Positions 1 to 12,045 of a stretch of DNA of 64,000 nucleotides are shown one piece after another. The position numbers and the translations under genes are program-made. Positions within the stretch are counted from its first letter, which is position 1. Each line of letters starts with the position of its first letter. The notes below the pieces were generated by a model that saw only the letters and a list, made by a program, of their open reading frames with translations, made no database searches and was not told where the DNA came from. Origin of the DNA: Azolla caroliniana (Eukaryota; Plantae; Polypodiophyta). The stretch is taken from the NCBI GenBank assembly GCA_043228905.1, contig JBHGNT010000003.1, positions 12,834,001 to 12,898,000 on the forward strand, in the 5' to 3' direction.

Positions 1-1
1 A

Positions 2-808
2 ACTGACGGACAAACAGAGCGCACAAATCAAACGCTCAAGCAATATCTTCGATGTTTCATTAGTTATCAACAAGATGATTGGAGTAAAATTTTACATCTT
101 GCCGAGTTTGCATACAACAACATGGTCCACTCTTCTACCAAAGTTACACCTTTCTTTGCCTACACCGGCAACCACCCTCGATGGTGTATACTGGATCTTC
201 CCGAGGTGTCACGAAACCCTAGTGCGGCGCATCACCTCCACCGACTACAACAAATCCAGTTCGAGTTATCGTCACATCTTCAGAAAGCGCAAGCACACCA
301 TAAGACCAATGCCGATCGACATCGTCTTAAGTCTCCGTTTAAGGTTGGTGACCGTGTATGGTTGCTTCGTCGTCACATCAAGACTACCCGACCGTGTGCT
401 AAGCTTGACTATCAACGCTTAGGTCCTTTTGTCATCACGGCGCATATTAATGATGCAACATTTCGTCTTAACCTTCCTGCACATATGCGGCTTCACCCTG
501 TCTTTCATAGCTCTCTTTTGGAACCTTGCCACACCTCTTTAATTCCTAATCGTGTCGTGCCACCACCGCCTTTTGTACAGCTTGTGGACGGCCCCGAATA
601 CGAGGTAGCTGCTATTCTCGATTCTAAGATTGTGCGCAATAAGCTTTATTATCTAGTTGATTGGCTTGGTTATCCTCCGAGTGATTGCACTTGGGAACCC
701 ATCGATAACGTTTGTAATGCTGAAGCTCTGGTCAACGACTTCCATCGTCACTATCCAAACAAGCCCGGCCGAACAATGTTAACGCCGACTTCCACTCGGC
801 GTTCTTGA
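2..808 (+). CDS. pol: Ty3/Gypsy chromovirus pol 3' end: integrase C-terminus (GPY/F) + chromodomain (5' partial)
   Basis: Open frame TDGQTERTNQ...KVGDRVWL...RLGPF...LHPVFHSSLL...EYEVAAILDSK...YYLVDWLGY...TWEP. Confidence 0.93.
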   Translation, partial: TDGQTERTNQTLKQYLRCFISYQQDDWSKILHLAEFAYNNMVHSSTKVTPFFAYTGNHPRWCILDLPEVSRNPSAAHHLHRLQQIQFELSSHLQKAQAHHKTNADRHRLKSPFKVGDRVWLLRRHIKTTRPCAKLDYQRLGPFVITAHINDATFRLNLPAHMRLHPVFHSSLLEPCHTSLIPNRVVPPPPFVQLVDGPEYEVAAILDSKIVRNKLYYLVDWLGYPPSDCTWEPIDNVCNAEALVNDFHRHYPNKPGRTMLTPTSTRRS

Positions 809-819
809 AGGAGGGATAG
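807..819 (+). promoter_or_regulatory. Polypurine tract of chromovirus element
   Basis: gaaggagggatag directly before TGTCA LTR start. Confidence 0.85.
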
Positions 820-1301
820 TGTCATGAACACATAACCATTATGGCGTCACCCGGACTTGAACCTCGAACCTTGTAATTCATACTTGAAAACCTCAACCAT
901 TAACATAGCTTATTGTTATATGAAACAATAAAAGCTATTAAGATAGCTTATTGTTATATGAAACAATAAAAGCTACTTCTTATATTACATTGATTATTGT
1001 AAAAACTCTAGATTATTCTAGAATGTTCTAGAATGTCCTAGAGCATTCTAGGTCTAGGACATTCTAGAACATTCTAGAAATCTCTAAGCTATTCTATAGG
1101 AACCTATAAATAAGCGCATACATGTATTCTCAAATCAATTCGAATCAACACCAGTCTTTAGCTCTCATTACATATCTTGTATCCATTCTCTTTCTTTCTC
1201 TATCTTATACATCCATTCTTCTCTTAGTATTTGGTTCCTTTCTTCTCGTGTTCTCTAATATCCTTCTTCCATCACTCTATCTTTTATCCTTGGTTTTGAC
1301 A
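820..1301 (+). mobile_element. 3' LTR of chromovirus (482 bp)
   Basis: TGTCA...TGACA termini after PPT; cctataaata TATA box; internal 38-bp-period duplication (905-975) and tctaga-like short repeats (~1007-1085). Confidence 0.85.
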
Positions 1302-2913
1302 GCAGCGATAAGAACGGCATCAACATTCTTTCCTCGGCAGCCAATGGGAGTTCTCTCTAAAGGGCGGCGATTATCATCTCCAATGTTGTTGTGTTGGTGA
1401 CAAAAGGCGGCATCGACGGCGGTGCTGTTTTGGAGGCGTCGTCGTCAACAACTAAGATGTTCTGTTGGCGGGAAGAGGCGACGATGGTGGCGATAGTGCT
1501 GGTTGGGAGGCAACAGAACTCAGAAATTGTGTTGTCTTGATAGCGGCAGAATTTAATGGCGGCGATAGTCCGCAACTGCGATATCCTTTTGGCGGCAGAT
1601 GTTGATGGCATCGGTGGCAGCGGCGATGTTTGGAGGGAAACAATCATCATCAACAACACTGCTGTTTGGGCGGAAAAAGGTGGCGGCGGCGTTGTTTGCA
1701 GGACGACGTACATCAACGCCAACATTATTATGAGTTCGGCGAATTGTGGCGGCATCATCTTTTAACTGTTTGGCTCCTTCTTGAGTATTATTTTTAGGGT
1801 TATGCGTTGGTGTCGTGGATTCAAGAAATGGTGACTCATCAAATTTAACAGTACAACTATAAAAGAACGTGTTCTTGGTTGGATCGAATAAACGGCAAGA
1901 CTTGTAGCCATTTGCATCTCCGTACCCAACAAAAATCGCTTTTCTTGCTCGTTGTTCTAACTTGGATTGTTTTTCAGCAAGAACAAAGGCATATGCAAGG
2001 CAACCAAAATTTTTAAGATCTTGCATATTTGGTTTTACTCCAAACCATAACTCGTATGGTGTGATTAACCCAAGTGTTCGATGATAGTTATGATTTTGGA
2101 GATAACATGTTGTTGTGATGGCTTCTTCCCAAAATGAGGGTGAAAGTGATGCTAGATTCAACATGCTCCGAGCCGAATTAAGCAGTGTTCAATTCTTGCG
2201 TTCGGCTATACCATTTTGTTGTGGTGTTGAAGGAACAGAAATTCGTTGTAAAATTCCATGGTCTTTACAGAATTTTGTAAACTTGTTAGATGTATATTCT
2301 CCTCCCCCGTCAAATTGTAGACATTTCAATTGTAGATTTAGTTGCTTTCCTGTTAGTGATTTGTAATTTGTCAAAGCAGTGAACGCTTGGTCTTTCCTTT
2401 GGAGGAATGTTAGTATCCTAAACCTTGTATAATCATTGATGAACTAATGAAATATTTTGATTTTAAAAGTTATTGAGTTGGGAATGGACCGCATATGTCA
2501 CTATGGACGAGTTCAAGAGGTCGACTTCTTCGTGAGTTACTTGTAGGAAACTTTGATGATGCAATTTTGCCAAACAAGCACGCCTCACATAAGTCGATTT
2601 TGCAAAACATTTCCTTTGGGACTCCTTGAGCGATCTTGTGAGTTTGGAGTGTTCGCATAGCAGCAAGGTGTGGATGTCCAAGTCAGTAATGCGAAAGTAA
2701 AGTGAGTTCCTGTTATCTTTCGATTTCGGTTGTGTGAACTTCAATTGTTGATTGGGTTGTTGGATGTACACTAATTAGATATAACCCTCCTTGTCTTTTG
2801 CAGGAAGTTCGTATTGTGAGACCATTTGGTAGAAGGTGACGAATCACCTTGGTTATGATGGAACTCAATGATGGTTCCCTTCGAAGTTGCTTGACTTATC
2901 GAGAGGAGGTTCT
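1302..2913 (-). pseudogene. Degenerate Ty1/Copia pol fragment (protease-integrase linker, integrase core, linker)
   Basis: ORF pieces CEACLFGK...LELVHSDICGP, LQFDGGGEY...TPQQNGIAERKN, FWEEAITT...FGCLAY...IFVGY; broken by stops and frameshifts. Confidence 0.88.
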
Positions 2914-3357
2914 TGTCACGGACACACCAAGCGTGGACTAAGACGGAGCACGGATGATGAGGCTATGATGGAGCGATGACGCGAGGAACTTAAGACGGGG
3001 AATGACACAAGAGCATAAAGATAGAGATGAAGATCAAGGAGAGAGGATGGACGAAATGGGAATATTAGATTGATATGTCCATGACTGGCGTTGTTCACCT
3101 TGAATTCCTTCAAGGTGAACTCAACTATTTATACTAAGTGGCATGCATACCTGTTTCACACATGTGATACAATAGAGCATGTAGGTAGTAAGTACGCATG
3201 CATGTGCCAAGTGTAAATAATACAAGGGAGAAATTATGCACATGATGCTAGCTAAAACCTACAATGAGGAAGTATATACATGATTATATGCTAGATGTGT
3301 GGTTAACACATAACACTCGATTATAACATGGTCATGTCAAGAGTTCGAATCTTGACA
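2914..3357 (-). mobile_element. 3' LTR of a minus-strand chromovirus (444 bp)
   Basis: TGTCA...TGACA termini; flanked at 3358-3375 by minus-strand PPT (ggagtggggataa). Confidence 0.8.
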
Positions 3358-3497
3358 TTATCCCCACTCCAACGATGCCTTCCCAAATCGTTTATCGGCT
3401 TAAGGGGATATTGATGATGAAAATCTTAGATCACCTTTGAAGTATTTTGTAAATCCTAGACAAGGAGTAACCCTTCCACAAGACGAGGTATTTAACA
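3358..3497 (-). pseudogene. PPT and chromodomain remnant
   Basis: Minus strand reads VKYLVLWKGYS...DFHHQYPLKP, like the chromodomain end of 2..808. Confidence 0.75.
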
Positions 3498-3499
3498 CC

Positions 3500-4328
3500 A
3501 ACAGGCATGAGCGACCATGTGTGGTCCTCGCCTAGGACTGGAACACAAATATCAACGGGTGTGAGCGACCATGTGCGGTCCTCACGGGGAGCATGAACAC
3601 CAAGGGGCATGAGTAATCATGTGGGGTCCTTGCCGGGAACTAGAACGGTCCTCGCTGAGAGTTGGAACACGAAAACCAACGGGCGTGAGCAACCATGTTG
3701 TCCTCACCGAGAAATGGAACACAAACGAGTGAGCAACCATGTGGCCCTCAACGGGAACAAGAACACGAATGGGAGTAATCGACCATGTGTGGTCCTCACC
3801 GGGAACTGGAACATGAACAACAATGGGCATCAACGACCATGTCGGTCCTCACCAGGATCTAGAACACGAACAATAGTTGGAGTGAGCAACCATGTGCGGT
3901 CCTCATTGGAGAGTGGAACACGAACGGGAGTGAGCAACCATGCGGCCCTCACCGGGAATAGGAACACGAACGGGAGTGAGCGGCCATGTGTGGCCCTCAC
4001 CAGGAACACGAACATGAACGGGCCTGAGCGACCATGCGGCCCTCACCAAGAAAACTCGAACACGAACGGGCGTGAGCGACCATGCGCCCCTCACCGGGAA
4101 CTTGAACACGAACGGGCGTGAGCGACCATGCGGCCCTCACCGGGAACTCGAACACGAACACCAACAGGAGTGAGCGGCCTTGTGCGGACCTCCCCGGGAA
4201 TTGGAGCACGAACAACAACGGGAGTGAGTGGCTTTGTGCGGCCCTCACTAGGAACTGGAACACTGACACCAATGGGAGTGAGCGGCCTTGTGCGGCCCTC
4301 ACCAGGAACTAGAACACGAACACGAACG
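3500..4328. repeat. Minisatellite, roughly 17 units of ~45-57 bp
   Basis: Recurring core gagcgaccatg(t)gcggccctcaccgggaac...gaacacgaac. Confidence 0.92.
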
Positions 4329-4431
4329 TGAAAGAAACTAAAAAATAAAGACAAAGATGAGGAGAAACTAAAAGCCAATGACAATGATGAGAAGAAACTA
4401 GGAGATAGAAATGGCGAGGAAGATAGGAAAT

Positions 4432-4875
4432 TGTTGAGAGACAAGCTCAACATCGGCCGGATCGGTTGAAGAAGCCGAGGACCGCATCGATTGGGACCGA
4501 TCGGTTAGGCCGAATGCGTAAACCGGTGCGTAGGTAGGGCCGGATCGGTGCGTAAACCGGGAGGCCATTAGGAAAGATATTCCGTGAGGAATATTTTTGG
4601 GAGTTAGTGTAGGAGCTCTTAATGAGCATTGAAGTACTGTCAGTACTTCGGTCAGTCCTTCTAGGAGTTGTACAAAGTGTTAATTGAACACACATATGTA
4701 TAGAATTGTGAATAGAGATTGAGTACTGTTGTTGAATGTAGTTCTTGTGTTTTCTCTCTCTCTCACTCTCTCAGTCTCTCCCGCGTATACTGCGTAAGCT
4801 CAAGCTCTCCATTAAACTTGAGTTTTCTTCCTTCTGTTTGGTCTTCATACTTGCTTCCGCACGTTACTTTTTACA
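4432..4875 (+). repeat. Copia A 5' LTR
   Basis: TGTTGAG...TTTACA, repeated at 9768. Confidence 0.95.
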
Positions 4876-4887
4876 TGGTATCAGAGC
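4876..4887 (+). promoter_or_regulatory. PBS, tRNA-iMet
   Basis: tggtatcagagc immediately after LTR. Confidence 0.95.
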
Positions 4888-4947
4888 ACGAATGTTGAGA
4901 ACCTCTCTGCAGCCAACACAGCTTGACGAAGAAGAACAAGAAGAACG

Positions 4948-7900
4948 ATGGATAGAGGCATGGCGAGCTCGCTTCCAACAGAGAAGCTCGACAGAACCAA
5001 CTACGCGTCTTGGTCCTACAAGATGCACCAGTACCTGCTCGGGCATGGGTACTGGAGTTATGTAAAAGGAGCTAATGACGCGGCACCCAAATCGACACAC
5101 AGAGACTTCCCGTCGTGGGAGCAATCGGCGAGCAGGGTATTATACTGCTTCGCGTCGTGTGTGGGCGAACAACTATTGAGCTATGTTCGGGATGCAAAGA
5201 CGCCGAAGGGTGCATGGGAAAATCTGAAGAAGATTTTCGCCGCGAGCACCACAGCCAGGAAGCTTCAACTCCGACAGGAGTTGAGCAACCAACGACAACG
5301 CGACTTGTCGGTAGCGGACTATACCTCAAAGATCAAGGATATCTGCGACTCCCTCGCCTCCATAGAGGTGAACATCGAGGAGAGCGAGATGGTCCAGATC
5401 TGTCTCGGAGGTTTGGCGTCGAAGTTCGGAGCGTTCCGAATGACTGTGTGTACCCGGGAGAATACGTCGTCCTTTTTCGACTTACAGTCAATGCTCCTGG
5501 TAGAGGAGAACCACGCGGGTGCGTCTACAAGCACGCACACCGACAACAGAATGTTGTACATGGAGGGAGATAGGCCCCGTAGACGTGGAGGACGAGGCGA
5601 GTCGGCGCGCAATGGAGTCGGCCGACGAGATCAAGGAAGAAGGCATCGAAGTGATGCCAACAACAACTCCGGACCCTCCGGAAACAGGGGGAGTCGAAGT
5701 GATGAGAACCGGCAAGGGAAGGCCATCGCGGAGTGCTGGTACTGTGGCAAGAAAGGCCACAGGGAAAGTGAGTGCTGGAAGAAGCGCGCCGATTCGGAGA
5801 GAACCGGTTCCGGAAACGGCTCCGGACATACCGACAAGGGAAATCGGTAGCGATCGCACTATGCCGAAGACTCCGGGAGAGCCGGAGAAGGGTCTACCTT
5901 CGTGACGAGACACGAAGCAAACTCAATGAAACGGACCACCCCGAGATCAGACGAGGTGTGGTACGTAGACTCCGGCGCGTCAAACCACATGACGAGCCAT
6001 AAGGAGTGGTTCTCGTACCTTGAAAAACCGATACAACCTGGAGTAGTCGCAACTAGAGACGACACTCCACATCCGATCGCGAATGTCAGAGAAGTTCCCC
6101 TTAGCCATGTCGGGCAGAAAGGGAAACTCATGAACGTGTTGCACGTTCCGACAATTACGAAGAACTTGGTCTCGGTCGGACAGATCGTCGACCAAGGGAT
6201 GGAGGTTCGGTTTACACACCTCGGGTGCTTCATTGAGGAAAAAGGCCGTGTGATTACGCAAGGGCGCAGAGACGGGAGGATGTTCATCCTCGACTCCACG
6301 GACGGCGGCACCGCAATGTTCGGAAATCCGAGTCGGACATCGACTTGTGGCACAAGCGGATAGGCCACGTCAACTACCAGCGGCTTCAAGATCTATAATC
6401 GAAACAGGTAGTGTTCGGATTGCCCAAATTTAGTGGCCGAAAGGCACAAATTTGTGAAGCCTGCCAGCTCGGGAAGCAACACCGACTTCCTTTCCCCAAC
6501 GAGCGAAACCGGAGCCGGAACAAGCTCGACCTTATACACTCCGATGTATGGGGGCCGGCACAAAACGTTAGTCTTGGCGGGAGCCGATATTTCATCTCCT
6601 TCATCGACGATCACACGCGGCACACGTGGATCTACCTCATTGAGAGGAAGAGCGAAGTCTTCGACTGTTTCCGGGACCTCAAAGGGTTCGTGGAAACAGA
6701 AACGGGACGAAAGATCACGTGCCTGCGGTCGGATGGCGGTAAAGAGTACTTTTCTGGTCAATTCAACGGTTATCTACAACAAATGGGAATTCGGCGCGAA
6801 TTCAGTTGTAGATACACGCCGGAGCAGAACGACGTGGCCGAGAAGAAGAATCGGTCAGTTGTGGAAGCGGCACGGGCAATGCTGGAGGAGAAGAGCTTGC
6901 CCAAGTTCTACTGGGCCGAGGTGGTAAGGACCGCGGTATACATCTAGAACCGGATCGGAGACAAAGTGTCGGCGCACGAGCTATATTTCGGAATGAAGCC
7001 GAACTTGCGACACTTGAGGGTGTTCGGTAGCATTGCGTATGTGCATGTACCGAAGGAGAAAAGGAGCAAGCTGGACGCAAAGGCCGAGAAATGCATCTTG
7101 GTCGGTTACTTGGACGAGAAGAAGGGTTATAAGTGCTATAACCCTCGCACCAAACAAGCGCGTGTTAGCCGCGACGTTGTGTTTGACGAGTCTGCGTCCT
7201 GGTCCCAGCCCCCGACTCCGAACCCTGACTCCAATCCGAGCTCTGACAATGAGGTCAGCGAGGCCGAGATGCCTCCGGATGAGCCCGAAGTCGAGACCCG
7301 CGAAGAGAGTCCAATTTCACTCCGTTTAAGTGGACCGATTGGACGACTCAGTCGGTACGATCAGGCCGATGAAGAGCCGGCGAGTAGTGGAGACTCAGCC
7401 GTGCATTCCCAGCGCAGGAAGCCGAGGAGACAGCTTACGCGCAAAGAGAAAGGGAAGAAGGAGGTTTCGGATTCCGGCACGGCTAGGAACGAGTCAGACC
7501 GACACGAGTTCGACTCCGAGGGAAACGGTGACAGGTCTTTAAAGGTGAAGTCCGCGTCGACCGAGAAGGCCTCGACATCGGCTAATGTGAGATTATGCCG
7601 ATCTACCCGCCAGAAGAATCCTGTTTTGCGGTTCGGATACAACGAGAACATGGCGCATCATTATGCGTACATGTCCCGTGTAGCGGAAGTGCGTGAGCCG
7701 GAGAGCTACGCAGAAGCGGCTAAAGACGCGAATTGGCGTGCCGCGATGGAGGAAGAGATGCATGCATTGGCAGAGAACGAGACCTGGGACCTGGTTGACG
7801 CACCAAGAGGGGTAAAACCGATCGGGTGTAGGTGGGTGTACAATGTCAAGTACAACACCGATGGCTCGGTCAACCGGTACAAGGCTCGGCTAGCGGCAAA

Positions 7901-9578
7901 GGGCTATGCACAGAAACACGGCATCGACTACGATGAGACGTTTGCGCTGGTTGCAAAAATGACAATCGTCCGTGTTTTGCTCGCAGTAGCTGTGGTGAAG
8001 GGGTGGCACTTACATCAGATCGATGTAAAGAATGCATTCCTGCAAGGTGACCTTGAGGAACAGGTGTACATGGTACAACCCCCCGGATTTCACTCTGGAA
8101 CGAACTCCTCGGCAGTATGCCGACTGAAGAAGTCCCTTTACGGACTGAAGCAAGCCCCGCGTGCCTGGAACGCGAAGATCACGCAACAACTGCGTCGGAT
8201 GGGCTTCGTCGCGTCAAAATCAGACTCTTCCCTGTTCATCCGGAAAGGTCGACTCGGACCGGTTAGTATTTTACTATATGTTGATGACTTGGTCATCACC
8301 GGCGCCGACCTAGGTGAAATCGACCGCGTGAAGCTCCAGCTTGCGGCATCGTTCAACATGAAGGATCTGGGGGACCTTCATTACTTCCTCGGGATCGAAG
8401 TGATCCGTACCCCCGAAGGCATATTGATCAGCCAACGTCATTACGTGCTGAGTATGCTCTTCAAATTCGGGATGGCCGACTGTAAGTCCGTCTCGACTCC
8501 TCTGGACAAAACCGTCAAGCTTCGTCCCAATACGGGAAAGGTATGCAATCCAACGAGGTTCCGACAAATTGTCGGAAGCCTCATATACTTGACCATCACC
8601 CGACCCGACCTCAGTTATCTGGTCGGAGTGATCAGTCAGTTCATGGCGCGACCTACCGAGGAGCACCTTCAGTGTGCGCAACGCATACTTCAGTATGTCA
8701 ACGGCACTAAGGACCGGGGACTGCTATATCGGACCGGTGCAGCCGCGCAGTTAGTCGGCTACACCGATGCTGATTGGGCTGGCACCGCCGCCGATCGCCG
8801 ATCCACGTCCGGATACGCGTTCTCCCTTAGGAGTGCCACAATCGCGTGGAGCAGTAAGAAGCAGCCGACAGTTGCACTGTCGAGCACCGAAGCTGAGTAC
8901 CGAGGAGCGGCTGGTGCGACATGCGAAGCCATATGGTTGAAGCGGCTACTTAAGGACTTGCAAGAGGAGGTGTCAGATCCGACGACAATTTACTACGACA
9001 ACCTCAGCAACATCCAGCTCGCGAAAAACCCCGTTTCCCATGCACGGACCAAGCACATTGAGGTGCACTACCATTTCGTTCGTGAGTGTGTCCTTTTCGG
9101 TGAAGTCGAACTTCAGTACGTTCCGACGGATCGGCAGACTACCGACATCTTCACCAAGCCTCTTGGTCTGGACAAGTTGCGGCAATTCTCAGGTGCGCTC
9201 GGATTGCGTCACCTCGACGTGCCAAACTTGAGGGGGAGAACAGTCCTGAATGACCAAGCAAGGCAGCAGGAAAGGAGCGGAGACCGCAACACCGAGTCGG
9301 TTGACTCAGTTGTCGAGTTCGACTTCAGATCGGCTGAAGAAGCCGAGGGCGGACCTGCGGAAAAGTCCGGAAGCGGACAGAAGGGGAGCAGCCGAAGGAG
9401 AGAGCCGAAGCCAACCACGCATGGGGAAGATGACACCATCGAGGGCGAGAAGACCGAAGACAAGTTGGAGATAGCCAACTCGGACGAGAGCGAAAACCGA
9501 TCGGAGGTAGCCGAGTCGGTTCATATATTTGATTCAGATACGCTGAATCAACTGAGGCCCAAGCGGAAGAAAAGGTAG
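4948..9578 (+). pseudogene. Copia A gag-pol (stops at 5848 and 6945, frameshift near 6325)
   Basis: NYASWSYKM gag, CWYCGKKGHRESEC knuckle, WYVDSGASNHM protease, LIHSDVWGP integrase, LYGLKQAPRAW/YVDD RT, GYTDADWAG/HARTKHIE RNase H. Confidence 0.94.
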
Positions 9579-9767
9579 CAGGAGAAACGTCAACACCGCA
9601 ACAACAGAAGAGTTGATAAGGGCCACATGAGCAGACAAGCCGACCGAAAGGGTCGAAGTGTGCGGAGTCGAACAGGTCGTGGAGCGCGAGCAAGGCGTGA
9701 AGCCAGGAGGAACCGGAGTTGTGAGCCCGAAGATCCCGAAGAGTGTCAAGTTGAACTTGAGGGGGAG

Positions 9768-10222
9768 TGTTGAGAGACAAGCTCAACATCGGCCGGATCG
9801 GTTGAAGAAGCCGAGGACCGCATCGGTTGGGACCGATCGGTTAGGCCGAATGCGTAAACCGGTACGCAGACCGGTGCGTAGGTAGGGCCAGATCGGTGCG
9901 TAAACCGGGAGGCCGTTAGGAAAGATATTCCGTGAGGAATATATTTGGGAGTTAGTGTAGGAGCTCTTAATGAGCATTGAAGTACTGTCAGTACTTCGGT
10001 CAGTCCTTCTAGGACTTGTACAAAGTGTTCATTGAACACACATATGTATAGAATTGTGAATAGAGATTGAGTACTGTTGTTGAATGTAGTTCTTGTGTTT
10101 TCTCTCTCTCTCACTCTCTCAGTCTCTCCCGCGTATACTGCGTAAGCTCAAGCTCTCCATTAAACCTGATTTTTCTTCCTTCTGTTTGGTCTTAACACTT
10201 GCTTCCGCACGTTACTTTTTTA
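9768..10222 (+). repeat. Copia A 3' LTR (terminal CA missing; 12-bp insertion vs 5' LTR)
   Basis: Follows PPT ttgagggggag 9758-9767; matches 4432-4875. Confidence 0.93.
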
Positions 10223-10321
10223 TGGAAGAGGGCTATCCGGCTTAGCGCTCGTCTTGATGACAAACTGATCAATGCTCCTAGGATTCTCTAGTCTTTTTTG
10301 ATAGATGCGGAAATCTATAAA

Positions 10322-10577
10322 TCTGATACCATGTAGAAATCGGCAACTATACAAATAGACATTGATTGCTAGAGAGAGAGAGATATCACACATACACAAA
10401 ATTGTTCTATATTGATTGTGTTACATTAACCAAAATGGCTTGTTTGTAGAGACGATGGACAAAAAGTTGTGTCTTGAAATGAAGAGTTTTCTGTAAAGTG
10501 TAATAATAAATAACTCTTCGTAATAATTATTTTTAAAATAATAAATAAATATTATATTTAGATTAAATATTTCTACA
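10322..10577 (-). mobile_element. Element K remnant: 5' LTR (10332-10577) + iMet PBS (10322-10331)
   Basis: TGTAGAAAT...ATTTCTACA inverted termini; tctgatacca = reverse-complement PBS. Confidence 0.8.
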
Positions 10578-11257
10578 TATCCTCACCAAATTCTTCCAGG
10601 AGTTGTGCTATTTCCGCGAAATGGCGGCTCATTGAGTGGCCTGTAGTCATCCACTAGGTCCGCCCCTATAGCGCTGACGCTGTCCTCGTCGAGCTTGTAG
10701 AACCCACGGCCACCCTTCCTTCTGTTCTCCTGGTTCGCCCAAATATATGGAGTAGCCATCCCCGTTGTACCTTATCGGAAATCATGCTGATGGTCGATTC
10801 CTTTCGATTGGAGAGCAACGTCTGGATCCTTTCTACGAACATCTCCGTTTTTGTCCGCATGTGTTGTATGGTCTCCTCAAGTTGCTTAATCGTACTTGCA
10901 GCACACCCCATTTGAATAACGTAGTGGTCTAGAATGAGACCCATGTTTGTCTGCAAGAATTTTAATTCATTCTCGTGCAACTCCTCCGTACGCGCTAGTT
11001 CTTGCCACATTCAAGATTGTATTTCCTCCGCCAATTTGCTCTCGGTTGCCATCTACTCCTTGTACCACTCCTTCTGCTTCGTCTTAGCCTCCATCAGTTC
11101 CTCGAGCGTTTGTTCGGCCCGTGCGGTGGCCTCTTTTTGTTCACCGAGGGCAGCTAAAGTCTGGTTGTGCGCGATAATGGACACATCTAACTTATCTTGG
11201 ACCGCCTTTACACTTTTCCGGGTAGTATCCCGAACGCTCGTTTTGTGACCTGATGAT
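10578..11257 (-). pseudogene. Gypsy H extra ORF, coiled-coil C-terminal part
   Basis: E/Q/K-rich helical ORFs 10666-11010 and 11053-11271; continuous with 16886+ across TSD ATGAT. Confidence 0.65.
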
Positions 11258-12045
11258 TGAAAGAGTTTCACTCCGATTCGAAATCAGAAATTGAACTTAG
11301 ACGCAAACAGGAAATAAGAAAGAACACACAATTTACGTGGAAAACCCTGATTTAGGGAAAAACCACGGAACATAAATTTCACTATGAGAAATGACAGAAT
11401 ACAATCACAGAACAATGAAACCTGATTTGGTATGAGCATGTACTGAAACCACGATTTCAGTCAAGCTCTTCAAACTCTAGCACGCAGGTGACTATTCCTT
11501 CCGAAGCTTCCGAAGCTTCTCTGTCTTTTTCTCTTTTGCTTCACACTTCTTTTCTTCTTACTTAGCTTCTGAGTACGTATACTCTTACACAGCCACTACT
11601 GTGCAGAAAACCAGTCGTTCTCAAATTTACCACACACACACAACTCGTTTTTCTCTCATATATATATATATATATATATCTCACACCCTCACATACGCTA
11701 TGTAGGTTTTCCCCTTTTCTCACTATTTCACTCTTAGTAAGTTATCCCGCATACAGGCGCACTACCAGGCCTGTTAGCATATATATACTAAGTCATTTTC
11801 TTCTTTGAATGTAGAAGACATATGTATATGTATATGTGTGTCTATTCGACTGAATACGAATTTGACTCTCTCACCGAATTCAATCAGCTAACCCCCGATT
11901 CGGTTCTTCGCAACCGACTATTCTTTTACTTTCCGAATTTCGACCAAAGTCGGTAATTCGGCTTTTTTGGCCGATTTCGACCAGTCGACACTCAAGTCGA
12001 CTTTTCGGCCGACTCCCCCGCAAGGAGGGACGCCTTTACACAACA
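11258..12045 (-). repeat. Copia B 3' LTR (contains TA microsatellite)
   Basis: TG...CA; about a dozen differences by eye from 16100-16885. Confidence 0.96.

Larger units (their letters stand above)
4432..10222 (+). mobile_element. Ty1/Copia element A (two LTRs, 3' tip damaged)
   Basis: Near-identical LTRs 4432-4875 and 9768-~10222, PBS, gag-PR-IN-RT-RH order, PPT. Confidence 0.96.

Noticed and set aside
1302-1760. Captured host gene (GC-rich Pro/Ala low-complexity ORFs)
   Set aside because: Lies in line with the Copia IN-RT linker, which is typically low complexity
3500-4328. CRISPR-like array
   Set aside because: Units are degenerate contiguous tandem repeats without unique spacers; no cas genes; eukaryotic retroelement context
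5848-5856. Programmed stop readthrough after Copia A gag
   Set aside because: Context TAG-CGA-TCG is not the CARYYA signal and similar TAG lesions are common here; cannot be fully excluded without sibling copies
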